NCBI GenBank assembly: GCA_963823655.1
Contig: CAWGMK010000013.1
Location: 416,001-480,000, forward strand
Length of the DNA: 64,000 nt
Source: an uncultured Bacillota bacterium
GTDB taxonomy: Bacteria > Bacillota > DTU025 > MWDF01
Reading direction: 5' to 3'
A program made the position numbers and the translations under genes. The notes under the pieces are model-generated. The model was not told the origin of the DNA. It worked only from the letters and a program-made list of their open reading frames with translations, and made no database searches. Shown one piece after another: positions 33,970 to 43,846 of this stretch (position 1 is its first letter; every line of letters begins with the position of its first letter).

Positions 33970-34332
33970 TCACCTGTGGGCAGGCGAAAGGGCATCCATA
34001 GCCTCGTCAAGGTTGCTTACCCAAAACACCTGGTTTCCCTTGTTGCATTCATAAATGAAATCACGCAACGCCTTGCTATCGTATACGCTGAAGTCCCCCA
34101 CAATGGCAAGCCGGACGCGATAGTTCGAGAATTTTTGCAGCACTTCGCCTGCAAAGCGCGTCTTCAGGTCGAAGAAATCCTCAGCCAAGCTTTCTTTATA
34201 GATCACCAATGCATCGCTGTCACCCTGGTATTGCGCGGTTGCCATTAGGTCAAGCGCTTCCTGCACGTTGTTTATCCTCTCAACAAGGTCGATTATCGCG
34301 ATGCTCCGGCCATTCTTCTCAACAATCTGCAT
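33970..34332 (-). CDS. DUF4180 domain protein
   Basis: DFFDLKTRFAGEVLQKFSNYRVRLAIVGDFS..ALRDFIYECNKG. Confidence 0.88.
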   Translation of the reverse strand: MQIVEKNGRSIAIIDLVERINNVQEALDLMATAQYQGDSDALVIYKESLAEDFFDLKTRFAGEVLQKFSNYRVRLAIVGDFSVYDSKALRDFIYECNKGNQVFWVSNLDEAMDALSPAHR

Positions 34333-34334
34333 GC

Positions 34335-35162
34335 CTAAAGCTCCTTCGCCAAAAATGGCATTACCGTATCAGCCGCGCTCATTATCACATGTGCCCCTTT
34401 TATCAGGTGCACCTTCGCATGCGGGACAAATCGCAAAAGCCGCTGTGCGGCAATTTCGGCATCCATCGTAACGTCTTCTGTGCCGGCTATGAGCAGCACA
34501 GGCATGGTAAGAGCATGCAGCTGCTTTTCTGTCAGAACGGGCAGCGCTCCTGTGATGGGATTGAAGTTCTCCATAACCAGCGCCATGAATTCAAGCACTT
34601 CTTTTGGGACCTGGACATCCCCCATCACTGCGGCGCTCACTGATGCTGCTTTGCTAGGATCTCCAGCAATATCCTCGGTCAGGTCCAGGAAGGGCTGCCT
34701 GGGCGGAATAATCCCCGATGGTGCCATCAATGCCAGCGCCATCGTACGTTTTGGAAACTCGGATGCAAAATGCAAAGCCAGCCAGCCGCCCATGGAGTTG
34801 CCAATCACTACAGCCTTCTCAACTCCCAGCGCATCGATTACTTCGTTCAGCCAACGAGGATATTCATCTGTATCAAGGGCCAATCGGCTCTCATCGCTGT
34901 TGCCGGCTTCGCCCAGGATATCGACTGCAAAAACATGGTATTTGGCGGCAAACGCCGGAATGTCACCCAACCATGCTGCGCTGTTGCTGCACGACCCATG
35001 CAGAAGTACGACTGCCGGGTTTTCGGCTTCTCCTGCTTCCAGCACAAATGTATTCCCGAAAGATGTACTTACAAACCTCTTGGTTAGCGGGAAAAAGCTT
35101 AGGATCCCATTGTAGTAACCCCGGATTTTCTCCCGTCCCTCATCGGATTTGAAAACGCTCAT
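34335..35162 (-). CDS. Alpha/beta hydrolase
   Basis: LLHGS, nucleophile elbow GNSMGG, GTED, GAH. Confidence 0.9.
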   Translation of the reverse strand: MSVFKSDEGREKIRGYYNGILSFFPLTKRFVSTSFGNTFVLEAGEAENPAVVLLHGSCSNSAAWLGDIPAFAAKYHVFAVDILGEAGNSDESRLALDTDEYPRWLNEVIDALGVEKAVVIGNSMGGWLALHFASEFPKRTMALALMAPSGIIPPRQPFLDLTEDIAGDPSKAASVSAAVMGDVQVPKEVLEFMALVMENFNPITGALPVLTEKQLHALTMPVLLIAGTEDVTMDAEIAAQRLLRFVPHAKVHLIKGAHVIMSAADTVMPFLAKEL

Positions 35163-35165
35163 CTT

Positions 35166-35621
35166 TTATGTTCTCTCCTCTTCAAATTGCTCCGCATACA
35201 CTTCTATTGCATTAAGAATCGCCGACATGAATTGGATATTGCCCCAGAGCGTAATCCTCACAATGTTATCGAACTCATTGAACTGCGCATGCATTGAAGC
35301 CTGGCCATATTCCGGCGGCTTCACATTCATCACGGCAGTAAGCGTGTTGATGATGCGCATGGCATCATCCTTGCCCGTCACCGAAATGTCGACAACCGAT
35401 GAGGCCCTTGTCCTTTCCCTTGCCCTTTGCGTGGCATCGCTTTCATCTGTATCTGTAGATGCCCTTTTTGCAAACTTGTCGAAATCATGCCCCGAAACGC
35501 GCCAGCTCTTTCCTATTTTGGTTGCCGCAAGCTTCCCCTCTCGGATGTAGCGCTGAATCGTCTTGGGGTGAATGCCAAGCATCTTTGCGATTTGCTCTAC
35601 ATTATAGAATGCTTCATCCAT
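35166..35621 (-). CDS. Excisionase-like HTH (HTH_17) DNA-binding protein with C-terminal domain
   Basis: YNVEQIAKMLGIHPKTIQRYIREGKLAATKIGKSWRV; first gene of a three-gene operon. Confidence 0.82.
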   Translation of the reverse strand: MDEAFYNVEQIAKMLGIHPKTIQRYIREGKLAATKIGKSWRVSGHDFDKFAKRASTDTDESDATQRARERTRASSVVDISVTGKDDAMRIINTLTAVMNVKPPEYGQASMHAQFNEFDNIVRITLWGNIQFMSAILNAIEVYAEQFEEERT

Positions 35622-35622
35622 T

Positions 35623-35683
35623 CCTTATTGCTCCTTATTATTACCTATAACAGATTAATAAGGCTTAATTAGCAATATGTCAA
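35623..35683 (-). promoter_or_regulatory. Promoter with CCTTATT direct and inverted repeats (putative operator)
   Basis: TTGACA at 35683-35678 (minus). CCTTATT at 35623 and 35633; inverted copy TAATAAGG at 35656. Confidence 0.45.
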
Positions 35684-36145
35684 GTAGTTAACATAAAATT
35701 AGCCAACAGAGGTGACTCGAAGGATTCGCAAACCATAAGAGGATAGCAATGAGAGCCGAATGAGCGTTTAGCAAAATCCTTACCTACATTTCGGGAAGCA
35801 GGCAATGGCACCTAAAGAGAATTGCCAATCCTAATATGTTAAGTAGATTAAGCTTATATGCAGGAATATTGGCAGACCAACCGAGGACATTGCTCGAAAT
35901 CCGAACTAAGCAGTTTGTTATAATGATAATATGACGCACAAATCTCTTGAGCCTCAGACATTACGCATTGGTATCTAGGGCATGCGTAGAAGTTGACTTC
36001 TCGATGGGGTATTTGAAGAACAACTTAACCTATCCAGCCAAGTTATATGCGCCCAAAGCTGCCCCACCGCTCGATTACGAAGATCTGATCCCATATTCAC
36101 TGAATGATCCCTTGATGACGCCAATGAGATTTGAGGTGGCGATGC

Positions 36146-36910
36146 ATGAATAGAATGCCGGTTATCTTCGTCGGTCACGGTTCTCCCATGAATGCAATTG
36201 AGGACAATGATTACACCAGAAAATGGGTTGAAATCGGCGCTGTCATTCCGAAGCCGGATGCAATCCTCTCGGTATCCGCCCACTGGACGACGAACGGGAC
36301 TTGTTTGAATGACAGCCCCCACCCCCGTACCGTCTACGATATGTACGGATTTCCAAGTGAGCTGTATGAGGTAGTCTACCAGCCATATGGCGCACCCGAG
36401 CATGCCCGTATGGCTGCAGGATTGATTGAAAACGCCCGTATCGACAATAGCTGGGGCATCGATCATGGTAGCTGGTCTGTCCTGAACAGGATGTATCCGA
36501 ATGCCGACATACCTGTCTTCCAGCTGAGCCTGGATAGGAGCGCATCCCGTAAGCATCATTTCGAGCTGGGTCAGGCAATCAAGCCGTTGAGAGAGAGAAA
36601 TATCCTGATCATTGGAAGCGGCAATGTCGTCCATAACCTGTCCCTCGTCAACTGGGATGTGGATGGCGGATATCCATGGGCCGTCGAATTCGATGGATAC
36701 ATCAAGGACCGGATATTGAAAAGGGAGTTCAATGACGTTATTGATTATAATAGCGCCGGGGCGTCAGCAAAAACCGCTTTTCGTACAACGGAGCACTTCG
36801 ATCCCCTGCTCTATGTTCTTGGCGCCTCAGATACAGATGACCGGCTTACAGTCCTGAATGATAGCTGCACTATGGGCTCGATCTCCATGACATGTTACCT
36901 TTTCGAATAA
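36146..36910 (+). CDS. ygiD: 4,5-DOPA extradiol dioxygenase (LigB family)
   Basis: MPVIFVGHGSPMNA, SAHW, YDMYGFP, DHGSW, GSGNVVHNL, EHF.PL. Confidence 0.9.
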   Translation: MNRMPVIFVGHGSPMNAIEDNDYTRKWVEIGAVIPKPDAILSVSAHWTTNGTCLNDSPHPRTVYDMYGFPSELYEVVYQPYGAPEHARMAAGLIENARIDNSWGIDHGSWSVLNRMYPNADIPVFQLSLDRSASRKHHFELGQAIKPLRERNILIIGSGNVVHNLSLVNWDVDGGYPWAVEFDGYIKDRILKREFNDVIDYNSAGASAKTAFRTTEHFDPLLYVLGASDTDDRLTVLNDSCTMGSISMTCYLFE

Positions 36911-36994
36911 GTAGGGCATCATCAGAGGAAGCAGGCGCGAGCGTCAAAGCAGGAATACCACCTAAATATGCTTAGTATCCCAGGAGGTGATCTG

Positions 36995-37987
36995 ATGGAA
37001 CTAGCTTTGATGTTGGCTGAAAGCCGTGAACCCTGGACCTCGTATGCTGCTTTGAAGGACCTTTGCGGCAAGAGCGATTCGGAGAAGGAAGTAATCGCAG
37101 CAAGGAAGCTGCTTCTGTCCCACCCTCTTGTGACAGGGTTGATCGATGAACTTACCAATTGGCCCGGTGAGGTGCTTGCCAGCCATAAAAGCGCAAAGCA
37201 GTCCTTCCATAAACTGGCGTTCCTTGCCGACATAGGATTGCGGGCTGACGATCCCGGAATGCCTGCAGTATCGATAAGCAAGGTGCGAGAGCATATATCC
37301 GTGGAGGGCTTCGTGCAGCTGCCCACTTGCATACCGGAGCATTACGGCGGCTCAGGAAAGCAAGAATGGGCCTGGGCCGCATGCGATGCACCCATTACTT
37401 TGTACGCGCTGGCTAAGATGGGGCTCAAGGACGACCCCCAGGTCAGAAAGGGCGTCTCATCATTATTGGGGCTTTCCAGGGCCAACGGATGGGGCTGCAC
37501 GGTATCGAAGGAATTGGGCAATTTCAGAGGGCCGGGACGCAAATCGGACCCATGCCCTTATGTGAACCTAATAATGCTTAAGCTGCTCTCCCTTTTCGAC
37601 GATTTGAAGTCCGGACCAGAGGCAAAAAGCGCGGTCGCCTGCCTTCTCGATTTATGGGAGCACAGCTTGGAATCTCACCCTTACATCTTCTACATGGGAA
37701 ATGATTTCAGGAAGCTTAAGGCGCCTTTCATCTGGTATGACATTCTGCATGTCGTTGAAGCGTTGTCGCACTACGAGGCCGCAGTCTCCGACTCCAGATT
37801 CAAGGATATGCTGTCACTCGTTAATTCCAAGTCGGAGCCGAATGGCCAATTTGTGCCTGAGTCTGTATGGCAAGCCTGGAAAGGCTGGGATTTCGGTCAG
37901 TCGAAAGGGCCTTCTTCATGGATTAGCCTTGTCGTGGCGCGTATCAACAAAAGGGTCATGAAGAGCCCGGATAGGAGCCTGTTATGA
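36995..37987 (+). CDS. Conserved hypothetical protein, possible alpha/alpha-toroid (prenyltransferase-like) fold
   Basis: Long ORF with GGAGGTGA SD; Trp-rich motifs (NGWGC, GPGRKSDPCP, FRKLKAPFIWYDILHV, GPSSWIS). The fold call is inference. Confidence 0.6.
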   Translation: MELALMLAESREPWTSYAALKDLCGKSDSEKEVIAARKLLLSHPLVTGLIDELTNWPGEVLASHKSAKQSFHKLAFLADIGLRADDPGMPAVSISKVREHISVEGFVQLPTCIPEHYGGSGKQEWAWAACDAPITLYALAKMGLKDDPQVRKGVSSLLGLSRANGWGCTVSKELGNFRGPGRKSDPCPYVNLIMLKLLSLFDDLKSGPEAKSAVACLLDLWEHSLESHPYIFYMGNDFRKLKAPFIWYDILHVVEALSHYEAAVSDSRFKDMLSLVNSKSEPNGQFVPESVWQAWKGWDFGQSKGPSSWISLVVARINKRVMKSPDRSLL

Positions 37988-38352
37988 ACGATGCGATAAT
38001 GTCCCTGTTCGGGTCGGAGCCCCGTGCCGTTGTCCTGTATGAAGCATTGGAAAAGGCCATTATGGCTATGCCCGATGTCACGAGGATTATCAGGAAGACA
38101 CAGGTATCCTTCAGCGCAAAAAGGGGATTTGCATGGATTTGGTTGCCCATAATGAAAGTCGGAAATCGGCCGGACGTGTATGTAGTGTTGTCTTTCGGCC
38201 TTGAGGCCAGGATCGAAAGCCCCAGGATAGAAGAGGCTGTAGAGCCCTACCCGAACAGGTGGACTCATCACGTAATCATCGACAGCGAAAGCGAAATTGA
38301 CAATGAGCTGCTAGGTTGGCTTGCGCAAGCGCACGATTTCGCAAGCCGTTAA
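37984..38352 (+). CDS. DUF5655-family protein
   Basis: KTQVSF, EPYPNRWTHHV, EIDNELLGWLAQAH; ATGA overlap with the upstream gene. Confidence 0.75.
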   Translation: MNDAIMSLFGSEPRAVVLYEALEKAIMAMPDVTRIIRKTQVSFSAKRGFAWIWLPIMKVGNRPDVYVVLSFGLEARIESPRIEEAVEPYPNRWTHHVIIDSESEIDNELLGWLAQAHDFASR

Positions 38353-38443
38353 CTGGCAGCCAACGTTTCTTGATATCCGTTTCCGATCGATTTCAGTTAA
38401 ACTAGCCTTTAGAACGAAAAAGCGGACTGTAAGGTGCGACCCC

Positions 38444-38863
38444 CTACTTTCCGCCTGAGTGGCTGAACTGCCAATATACCCCGAATTTGTCCGAAACGTA
38501 GCCATACAGCTTGCTCCAGAATGTCTCCTGCAGGGGCATTATAATGGTCCCCTCTGCCGCAATTGCGTTGAACAGCCTCTTTACCTCTTCCATATCCTCA
38601 TTCACGACTGTCAGGCTTACATTATTGCCCACTACCAAGCCCGTTCCCGGCGGAATATCCGAGAACATAATATTGACCCCGTCAATATTTAGGCTCGTAT
38701 ACATGATCAGGCCTTCCGTTTCCTTGGTTTGCGGGAAGTAATCGTCACCGGGATTATCGGCGAAAGTCATGAATTCCGGTATATCCTTTTTGAACAGCTC
38801 TGCGTAGAAAAGTACAGCCTGCTTGCACTTTCCTTCGAAGTTGATGAATATGTCCAAGGCCAT
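38444..38863 (-). CDS. VOC/PhnB-family protein
   Basis: INFEGKCKQAVLFY, MPLQETFWSKLYGYVSDKFGVYWQ; start at ATG 38863. Confidence 0.88.
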   Translation of the reverse strand: MALDIFINFEGKCKQAVLFYAELFKKDIPEFMTFADNPGDDYFPQTKETEGLIMYTSLNIDGVNIMFSDIPPGTGLVVGNNVSLTVVNEDMEEVKRLFNAIAAEGTIIMPLQETFWSKLYGYVSDKFGVYWQFSHSGGK

Positions 38864-39066
38864 TGCAAGTCCTCCCCCACTCTTAATTCTTGACCGATTC
38901 CGCGGCTTCGTTTTCCCAAGGCTTATCAATGATTCTACCATCAGGCAAGCGCATGCACTATCCAAGTGCCGAAATGCCACAACAAGCCCCCAAAGAAGGG
39001 ATATCCGTTTTATACTTGAATATGGCTAAGGAAGCGCGGTTACTCGCGGCAGAAGAGGTGTACGGC

Positions 39067-39894
39067 ATGGAAGTAAGCTTGAACGACCTGCTATTTGCAT
39101 TCGGGCTCACTGTTTTCGCGGGCCTTAGCACAGGAATAGGAAGCGCTCTTGCTTTCTATACTAAGAAGGCCAACAGGAAGTTCCTTTCCACCACCCTTGG
39201 CTTTTCTGCCGGCGTGATGATCTACGTATCCCTCATCGAGATCTTCGCCAAGGCCCGCGCATCCCTCGACTCATATTACGGCAGCCCAGGAGGCTATATT
39301 GCGACTACTGTAGCCTTTTTCGCCGGCATTGCGCTCATTGCGATCATTGATAAGCTGGTCCCAAGCGGAGAGAACCCTCACGAAATGAAGGATATCGGCG
39401 AGCTGTCCGATATCAAGCCGGGGAACCCGGCCCTGCTGCGCATGGGCATGTTCTCGGCCCTTGCAATTGCCATACACAACTTCCCCGAGGGCCTGGCGAC
39501 ATTCACGAGCGCCCTTCAGGATACAAGGCTGGGAATCAGCATCGCCGTCGCCATTGCCATACATAACATACCTGAGGGCATCGCAGTGTCCGTGCCGGTG
39601 TATTATGCAACCGGCAGCAAGAAGAAGGCCTTCCTTTACTCCTTCCTATCGGGCCTGTCGGAGCCCGTGGGCGCCGCAGTCGGGTATTTCCTCCTGATGA
39701 GATATCTCAACGATGCGATGTTCGGTATAATATTCGCGTCTGTAGCCGGCATAATGGTGTACATCTCGCTGGATGAGCTGCTTCCGACAGCCGAGAAATA
39801 CGGAGAGCACCACCTGGCGATATATGGGTTGATTTCGGGCATGGCGGTCATGGCGGCAAGCCTTCTGCTCTTTCGCCAAGTAGGAAGTCATTGA
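39067..39894 (+). CDS. zupT: ZIP-family zinc transporter
   Basis: HNFPEG and [21 protein letters not shown]. Confidence 0.93.
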   Translation: MEVSLNDLLFAFGLTVFAGLSTGIGSALAFYTKKANRKFLSTTLGFSAGVMIYVSLIEIFAKARASLDSYYGSPGGYIATTVAFFAGIALIAIIDKLVPSGENPHEMKDIGELSDIKPGNPALLRMGMFSALAIAIHNFPEGLATFTSALQDTRLGISIAVAIAIHNIPEGIAVSVPVYYATGSKKKAFLYSFLSGLSEPVGAAVGYFLLMRYLNDAMFGIIFASVAGIMVYISLDELLPTAEKYGEHHLAIYGLISGMAVMAASLLLFRQVGSH

Positions 39895-39900
39895 TGGGGG

Positions 39901-40261
39901 TTGAGGAATTGGATAAGAAGCCTAAACGACAGGAAAACAATTAAGGAAGCTTACAGGCAACGGCGGATTATCGGCGGAGTAAGCGCCATCAGAAACTCCG
40001 TCAACGGCAAGATGCTGATAGAATCCGCTGTCGACCTAAGCTCGAAGCTCAATAGGTTCCAATTCGCCAAAGCGGCCGGCAACTGCATCTACCCGCGCCT
40101 GCAGGCTGACTGGGAGAAGTACGGCGCCGCAAGCTTCTCATTCGTTGTGCTCGGAGCAGCTGGAAAAGCCCGATGATCAGGATATTCGGGAGTTTACTGA
40201 AAATATCGCACTTCTGGAGAGCATCTGGGTGGAGAAGACGGATACCGGGCTGCTCTACTGA
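39901..40261 (+). CDS. Small GIY-YIG-superfamily protein (indel near 40152)
   Basis: GGVSAIRNSVNGKMLI, LQADWEKYGAASFSFVVLE; the shifted frame continues EQLEKPDD..LLESIW to TGA 40261. Confidence 0.65.
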
Positions 40262-40287
40262 TTTCATGTCTATAGGAGGAAGAGGGA

Positions 40288-40848
40288 TTGTCGGACGGTT
40301 TTGCCCCGATCCTAACCGATAGGCTGATGATAAGGCTGCTGGACGAAAGGGACGCTTTAGGTCTCTTCGATTACCGCAACCTGCCCGAAGTTTACAGATA
40401 CCAGGCCTGGAAACCGGAAAGCATCGAATCGGTTACAGCCTTCGCTATTGAGAACTCGCAAATAGCCCCCTTCCAGCCCGGCAACTATACCCAGTTCGCA
40501 ATCTGCCTTAGAGGAAGCGATGCCATTATCGGAGATGTCGGCATAATATACGACACAGACGGGTGCCAGGCAGAGGTCGGTTTCTCCCTCTCCCCTCCCT
40601 TCCACGGCAAAGGCTATGCAACAGAGGCCGTCCGGGCCATGATGGATTACCTTTTCACTAAGCGGGCCCTGCACAGGCTATATGCCTCTGTCGATCCGGA
40701 CAATGGCCCTTCGATAAGGCTCCTTGAAAAGCTAGGCTTCAGATTCGAGGCCCATTTCATTAAGAGCTACCGCATGCGCGGCGGCTGGTATGATGATGTC
40801 ATATACGGGATTCTGGACGAAGAGTGGCCTACGGTGGCCGGTTCTTGA
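40288..40848 (+). CDS. RimJ/RimL-type GNAT acetyltransferase
   Basis: TDRLMIR, HGKGYATEA, NGPSIRLLEKLGF. Confidence 0.9.
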   Translation: MSDGFAPILTDRLMIRLLDERDALGLFDYRNLPEVYRYQAWKPESIESVTAFAIENSQIAPFQPGNYTQFAICLRGSDAIIGDVGIIYDTDGCQAEVGFSLSPPFHGKGYATEAVRAMMDYLFTKRALHRLYASVDPDNGPSIRLLEKLGFRFEAHFIKSYRMRGGWYDDVIYGILDEEWPTVAGS

Positions 40849-40957
40849 AATATCGGATTAGTCATCATGAGTGAGACACGATAAGTACCGGAAGTGAAGG
40901 CTGATTCAAGAAACCGTTTCCTTCCAAAGCAAGCTGTAGTTCAATTTCGATATAGAG

Positions 40958-41341
40958 GTGATTGCATTGGTTTCGGACCTGATTGCCATATTCGACTCGC
41001 TCAGGCGTTTGATCGGCAAGTATGAGGGGCCTCTCACTGCCAAGATGGATATTCAGGGCAGGTACGACCTCTGGTCGATAAAAGAGATCGTGATCGATGG
41101 CCGCAAGAGAAAAGAAGTCGCCTTCGCATCGGCAATAATCCAAAGCAGCTATGTGGGCTTCTATTTCATGCCCGTCTACGTGGAGGAGCAGATGAAGCAG
41201 ATCTTCGCACCGGAGCTTCTAAAACTGCTGAAGGGCAAATCCTGTTTCCATATTAAAAAGATCGATGGCAAACTCGAAGAGATGATAGCAAAGGCTCTTG
41301 AGGACGGCTTCAGGCTTTATGTAGAACGAGGCTGGGTGTAA
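40958..41341 (+). CDS. DUF1801/YdhG-like protein
   Basis: YVGFYFMPVY..PELLKLLKGKSCFHIKK. Confidence 0.7.
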   Translation: MIALVSDLIAIFDSLRRLIGKYEGPLTAKMDIQGRYDLWSIKEIVIDGRKRKEVAFASAIIQSSYVGFYFMPVYVEEQMKQIFAPELLKLLKGKSCFHIKKIDGKLEEMIAKALEDGFRLYVERGWV

Positions 41342-41364
41342 GCCCGACGGTTGGAGGCAAGCAA

Positions 41365-42246
41365 ATGGGACTCGATATGGTGAAGCTCGGCGCAAGGACT
41401 TACTACTTCCCCGGCGGGACAAATGTCGGCATGTATTCGCCAGACGGCAAGGATGCTTACCTCATTGACAGCGGCAATGACAAGGAGGCGGGCCGAAGGC
41501 TGCTATCTGCGCTGAATGCTGGAGGCTACAGACTTAAGGCCGTGCTGAATACCCACTCGAATGCCGACCATTGCGGTGGAAACCAATTCCTGCAGGACAG
41601 GACCTCCTGCGATGTAATTTGCCCGGAGATAGAATCCGCATTCCTTCAGCACCCCATACTGGAACCCTCATTACTTTACGGGGGCATGGCGCCTCCGGAA
41701 CTGCTAAGCAAATTCTTCATGGCCAAGCCGTCCATCGTAGAGAAAGGCAGCATTAAAAAGCTGCCCGAAGGCGTGAAACCCATAGACCTCCCCGGCCACT
41801 ATTTCGGCATGTGCGGCTACCTGACGGATGACAGGGTCTTCTTCGCCGCAGATTCCCTCTTCTCGCAGCAGGTGCTGGAAAAATACCATATCTCATTCAT
41901 ACACGATGTAGCATCATTCCTGGCCACATTGGAGATGCTGCCATCCATCGATTGCGACCTGTTTGTCCCCTCCCACGCCCAACCGGCGAAAGATATCGGG
42001 GCACTGGCTGCTATAAACCGGGACAAGGTGAACGAGATATCGGCCCTTGTCTACGATTCCTGCAAGCAGCCTTCAAGCCCGGATGATGTGCTCAAGAGGA
42101 TTTTCGACCACTACGGATTGCTGATGGATATGGGGCAGTACGCCCTCGCCGGCAGCACAATTAGATCTTTCATTACTTACCTGCGCTCGCAGGGCCGACT
42201 GGAGCAGTCATTCGAAGGCAACCGCCTGCTATACCGGTCAATCTAA
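41365..42246 (+). CDS. MBL-fold metallo-hydrolase
   Basis: LIDSG, THSNADHCGG (HxNxDH variant), LPGH, ADS, PSH. Confidence 0.88.
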   Translation: MGLDMVKLGARTYYFPGGTNVGMYSPDGKDAYLIDSGNDKEAGRRLLSALNAGGYRLKAVLNTHSNADHCGGNQFLQDRTSCDVICPEIESAFLQHPILEPSLLYGGMAPPELLSKFFMAKPSIVEKGSIKKLPEGVKPIDLPGHYFGMCGYLTDDRVFFAADSLFSQQVLEKYHISFIHDVASFLATLEMLPSIDCDLFVPSHAQPAKDIGALAAINRDKVNEISALVYDSCKQPSSPDDVLKRIFDHYGLLMDMGQYALAGSTIRSFITYLRSQGRLEQSFEGNRLLYRSI

Positions 42247-42318
42247 TACCCTCACCAAGCGACTTCCCGAGCAAGTATACAGGGGCTTTCATCTTTATGG
42301 GCGAAATTTCCTAGAATA

Positions 42319-42350
42319 ATGACAAGATTGTCATATGACATACTTGTCAT
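42319..42350. promoter_or_regulatory. Tandem palindromic operator (2 x ATGACA-N4-TGTCAT)
   Basis: ATGACAagatTGTCAT directly followed by ATGACAtactTGTCAT, about 40 nt upstream of the TetR ATG. Confidence 0.75.
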
Positions 42351-42391
42351 ATTCTTTCTTTTGTGCAACAATTGCGCCGAAGGAGGAAATT

Positions 42392-43000
42392 ATGCCGAAA
42401 GAAACCTTCAACAACCTATCTGCTGCAAAGAAACGCCGCATATTCGACGCGGCCGTTGCCGAATTCGCTGCCCAAAGGTTCAGTGAAGCATCGATCAACA
42501 AGATAGTAAAGGCGGCCGGCATATCGCGAGGCAGCTTCTACCAGTATTTCGAGGGTAAAGAAGATGTTTACCTTTACACACTGAACAAGATCGGCAAGGA
42601 GAAGATGGAAGTCCTGCTTAAGGCGGGTACTCCCGACAGTGATGCCGACTTCTTCCAGATATATGAGCACATGTTCAGGATGGCCTTCGTATGGGCTCGC
42701 GAAAGGCCTGAATACAGCAAGATCGGAGCATTGATGAGGCTTGATGACAGCGACTTCATCCTGAAGCTGAAAGGTTTGGCCGACGAGGGCTTCGCCAAGC
42801 TGACATCCCTGATCGAAAGGGATAAGGCAAGAGGGCTAATAAAGCCCGATGTTGATTCAAAGCTTGTGATAGATTTGCTCTATAACGCGCTGACGGCGGC
42901 CGAGATGCAGGCATCATATCTCAAAGGTTCTGAGGAAGAGATGCTAGAGAAGCTCAGAAAAGTAATCAGCATGGTTAAGGGAGGTATTGCGCTTGTTTAA
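42392..43000 (+). CDS. TetR/AcrR regulator
   Basis: MPKETFNNL..ASINKIVKAAGISRGSFYQYFEGKED; AGGAGG SD. Confidence 0.92.
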   Translation: MPKETFNNLSAAKKRRIFDAAVAEFAAQRFSEASINKIVKAAGISRGSFYQYFEGKEDVYLYTLNKIGKEKMEVLLKAGTPDSDADFFQIYEHMFRMAFVWARERPEYSKIGALMRLDDSDFILKLKGLADEGFAKLTSLIERDKARGLIKPDVDSKLVIDLLYNALTAAEMQASYLKGSEEEMLEKLRKVISMVKGGIALV

Positions 43001-43846
43001 AGTGGACAACCTCGTATACAGCTACCCAAAGAGCGCTTCGAAAGCCGTGGATGGGTTAAGCTTTGCAATCCGGCCAGGGAGAGATCTACGGTTTGCTGGG
43101 CCCAAGCGGAGCCGGCAAAAGCACGACGCAAAAGGTGCTCATTAAGCTGCTAAAAGGCTACGGCGGCAAGATATCCTACAACGGCAAAGGTCTGGAAGCC
43201 TACGGCAACGAGTTCTATGAGGACATCGGCGTAAGCTTCGAGATGCCCATCTCCTTCTCCAAGTTGACTGCCGTGGAGAACCTGGATTTCTTCAAGAGGC
43301 TTTACAAGAATACCGCAGATATCGAACCCCTAATGAAGAGAGTCGGGCTGTGGGAGGATAAGGACAAGAAGGCCGGTGAGTACTCCAAGGGCATGAAGAT
43401 CAGGCTCAACTTCGTGCGCGCCATGCTCAACAAACCAAAGATGCTGTTCCTGGACGAGCCTACCAATGGACTTGATCCTGTGAACGCAAGGATACTCAAG
43501 GACATGATCCTGGAGTTCAAACAGGCAGGCGGCACCGTATTCCTCACCAGCCACATAATGAGCGATGTCGACCAGTTGTGCGACAGGGTGGGCTTTATCA
43601 TCAACGGAAAGCTGCATGAGGAGGATACTCCGAGGAATTTGAAGATCAAGTACGGCAAGAAGACCGTAAAGATCGAATACCGCGAGCAGGGGCTTCTTAA
43701 AATCGGCCGAGTTCCCGATGGATCAGATAAACTCCGATGCCTTCCACAAACTGCTCGTCGAGAAGGATATCGAGACCATACACAGCGGAGAGACCACACT
43801 TGAGGAGATATTCATCAAAGTGACGGGGGTGGCCCTCCATGAGTAG
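42993..43846 (+). CDS. ABC exporter ATP-binding subunit (indels near 43070 and 43700)
   Basis: TTG start (MFKVDNLVYSY), GPSGAGKST, YSKGM, LDEPTNGLDP, TSH, C-terminal TLEEIFIKVTG. Confidence 0.88.

Larger units (their letters stand above)
29700..38900. mobile_element. Putative degenerate genomic island at the rlmD 3' end (right border uncertain)
   Basis: Visible drop in GC right after the HVETVV codons, long AT-rich spacers, a decayed gene and miscellaneous cargo. No integrase or att duplication found. Confidence 0.4.

Noticed and set aside
35166-35621. Excisionase as evidence of a prophage or ICE
   Set aside because: No integrase nearby; the protein has an extra C-terminal domain and heads a hydrolase operon.
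35700-36140. Riboswitch or small ORF (35947..36153) in the long spacer before ygiD
   Set aside because: Only a GCAAACC fragment resembles c-di-GMP-I; no full consensus or convincing stems, and the ORF lacks an SD and motifs.
38347-38402. attC-like site after DUF5655 (cgTTAAC...GTTAAAC)
   Set aside because: The inner L boxes do not pair well, neighbouring genes have no similar sites, and there is no integron integrase.
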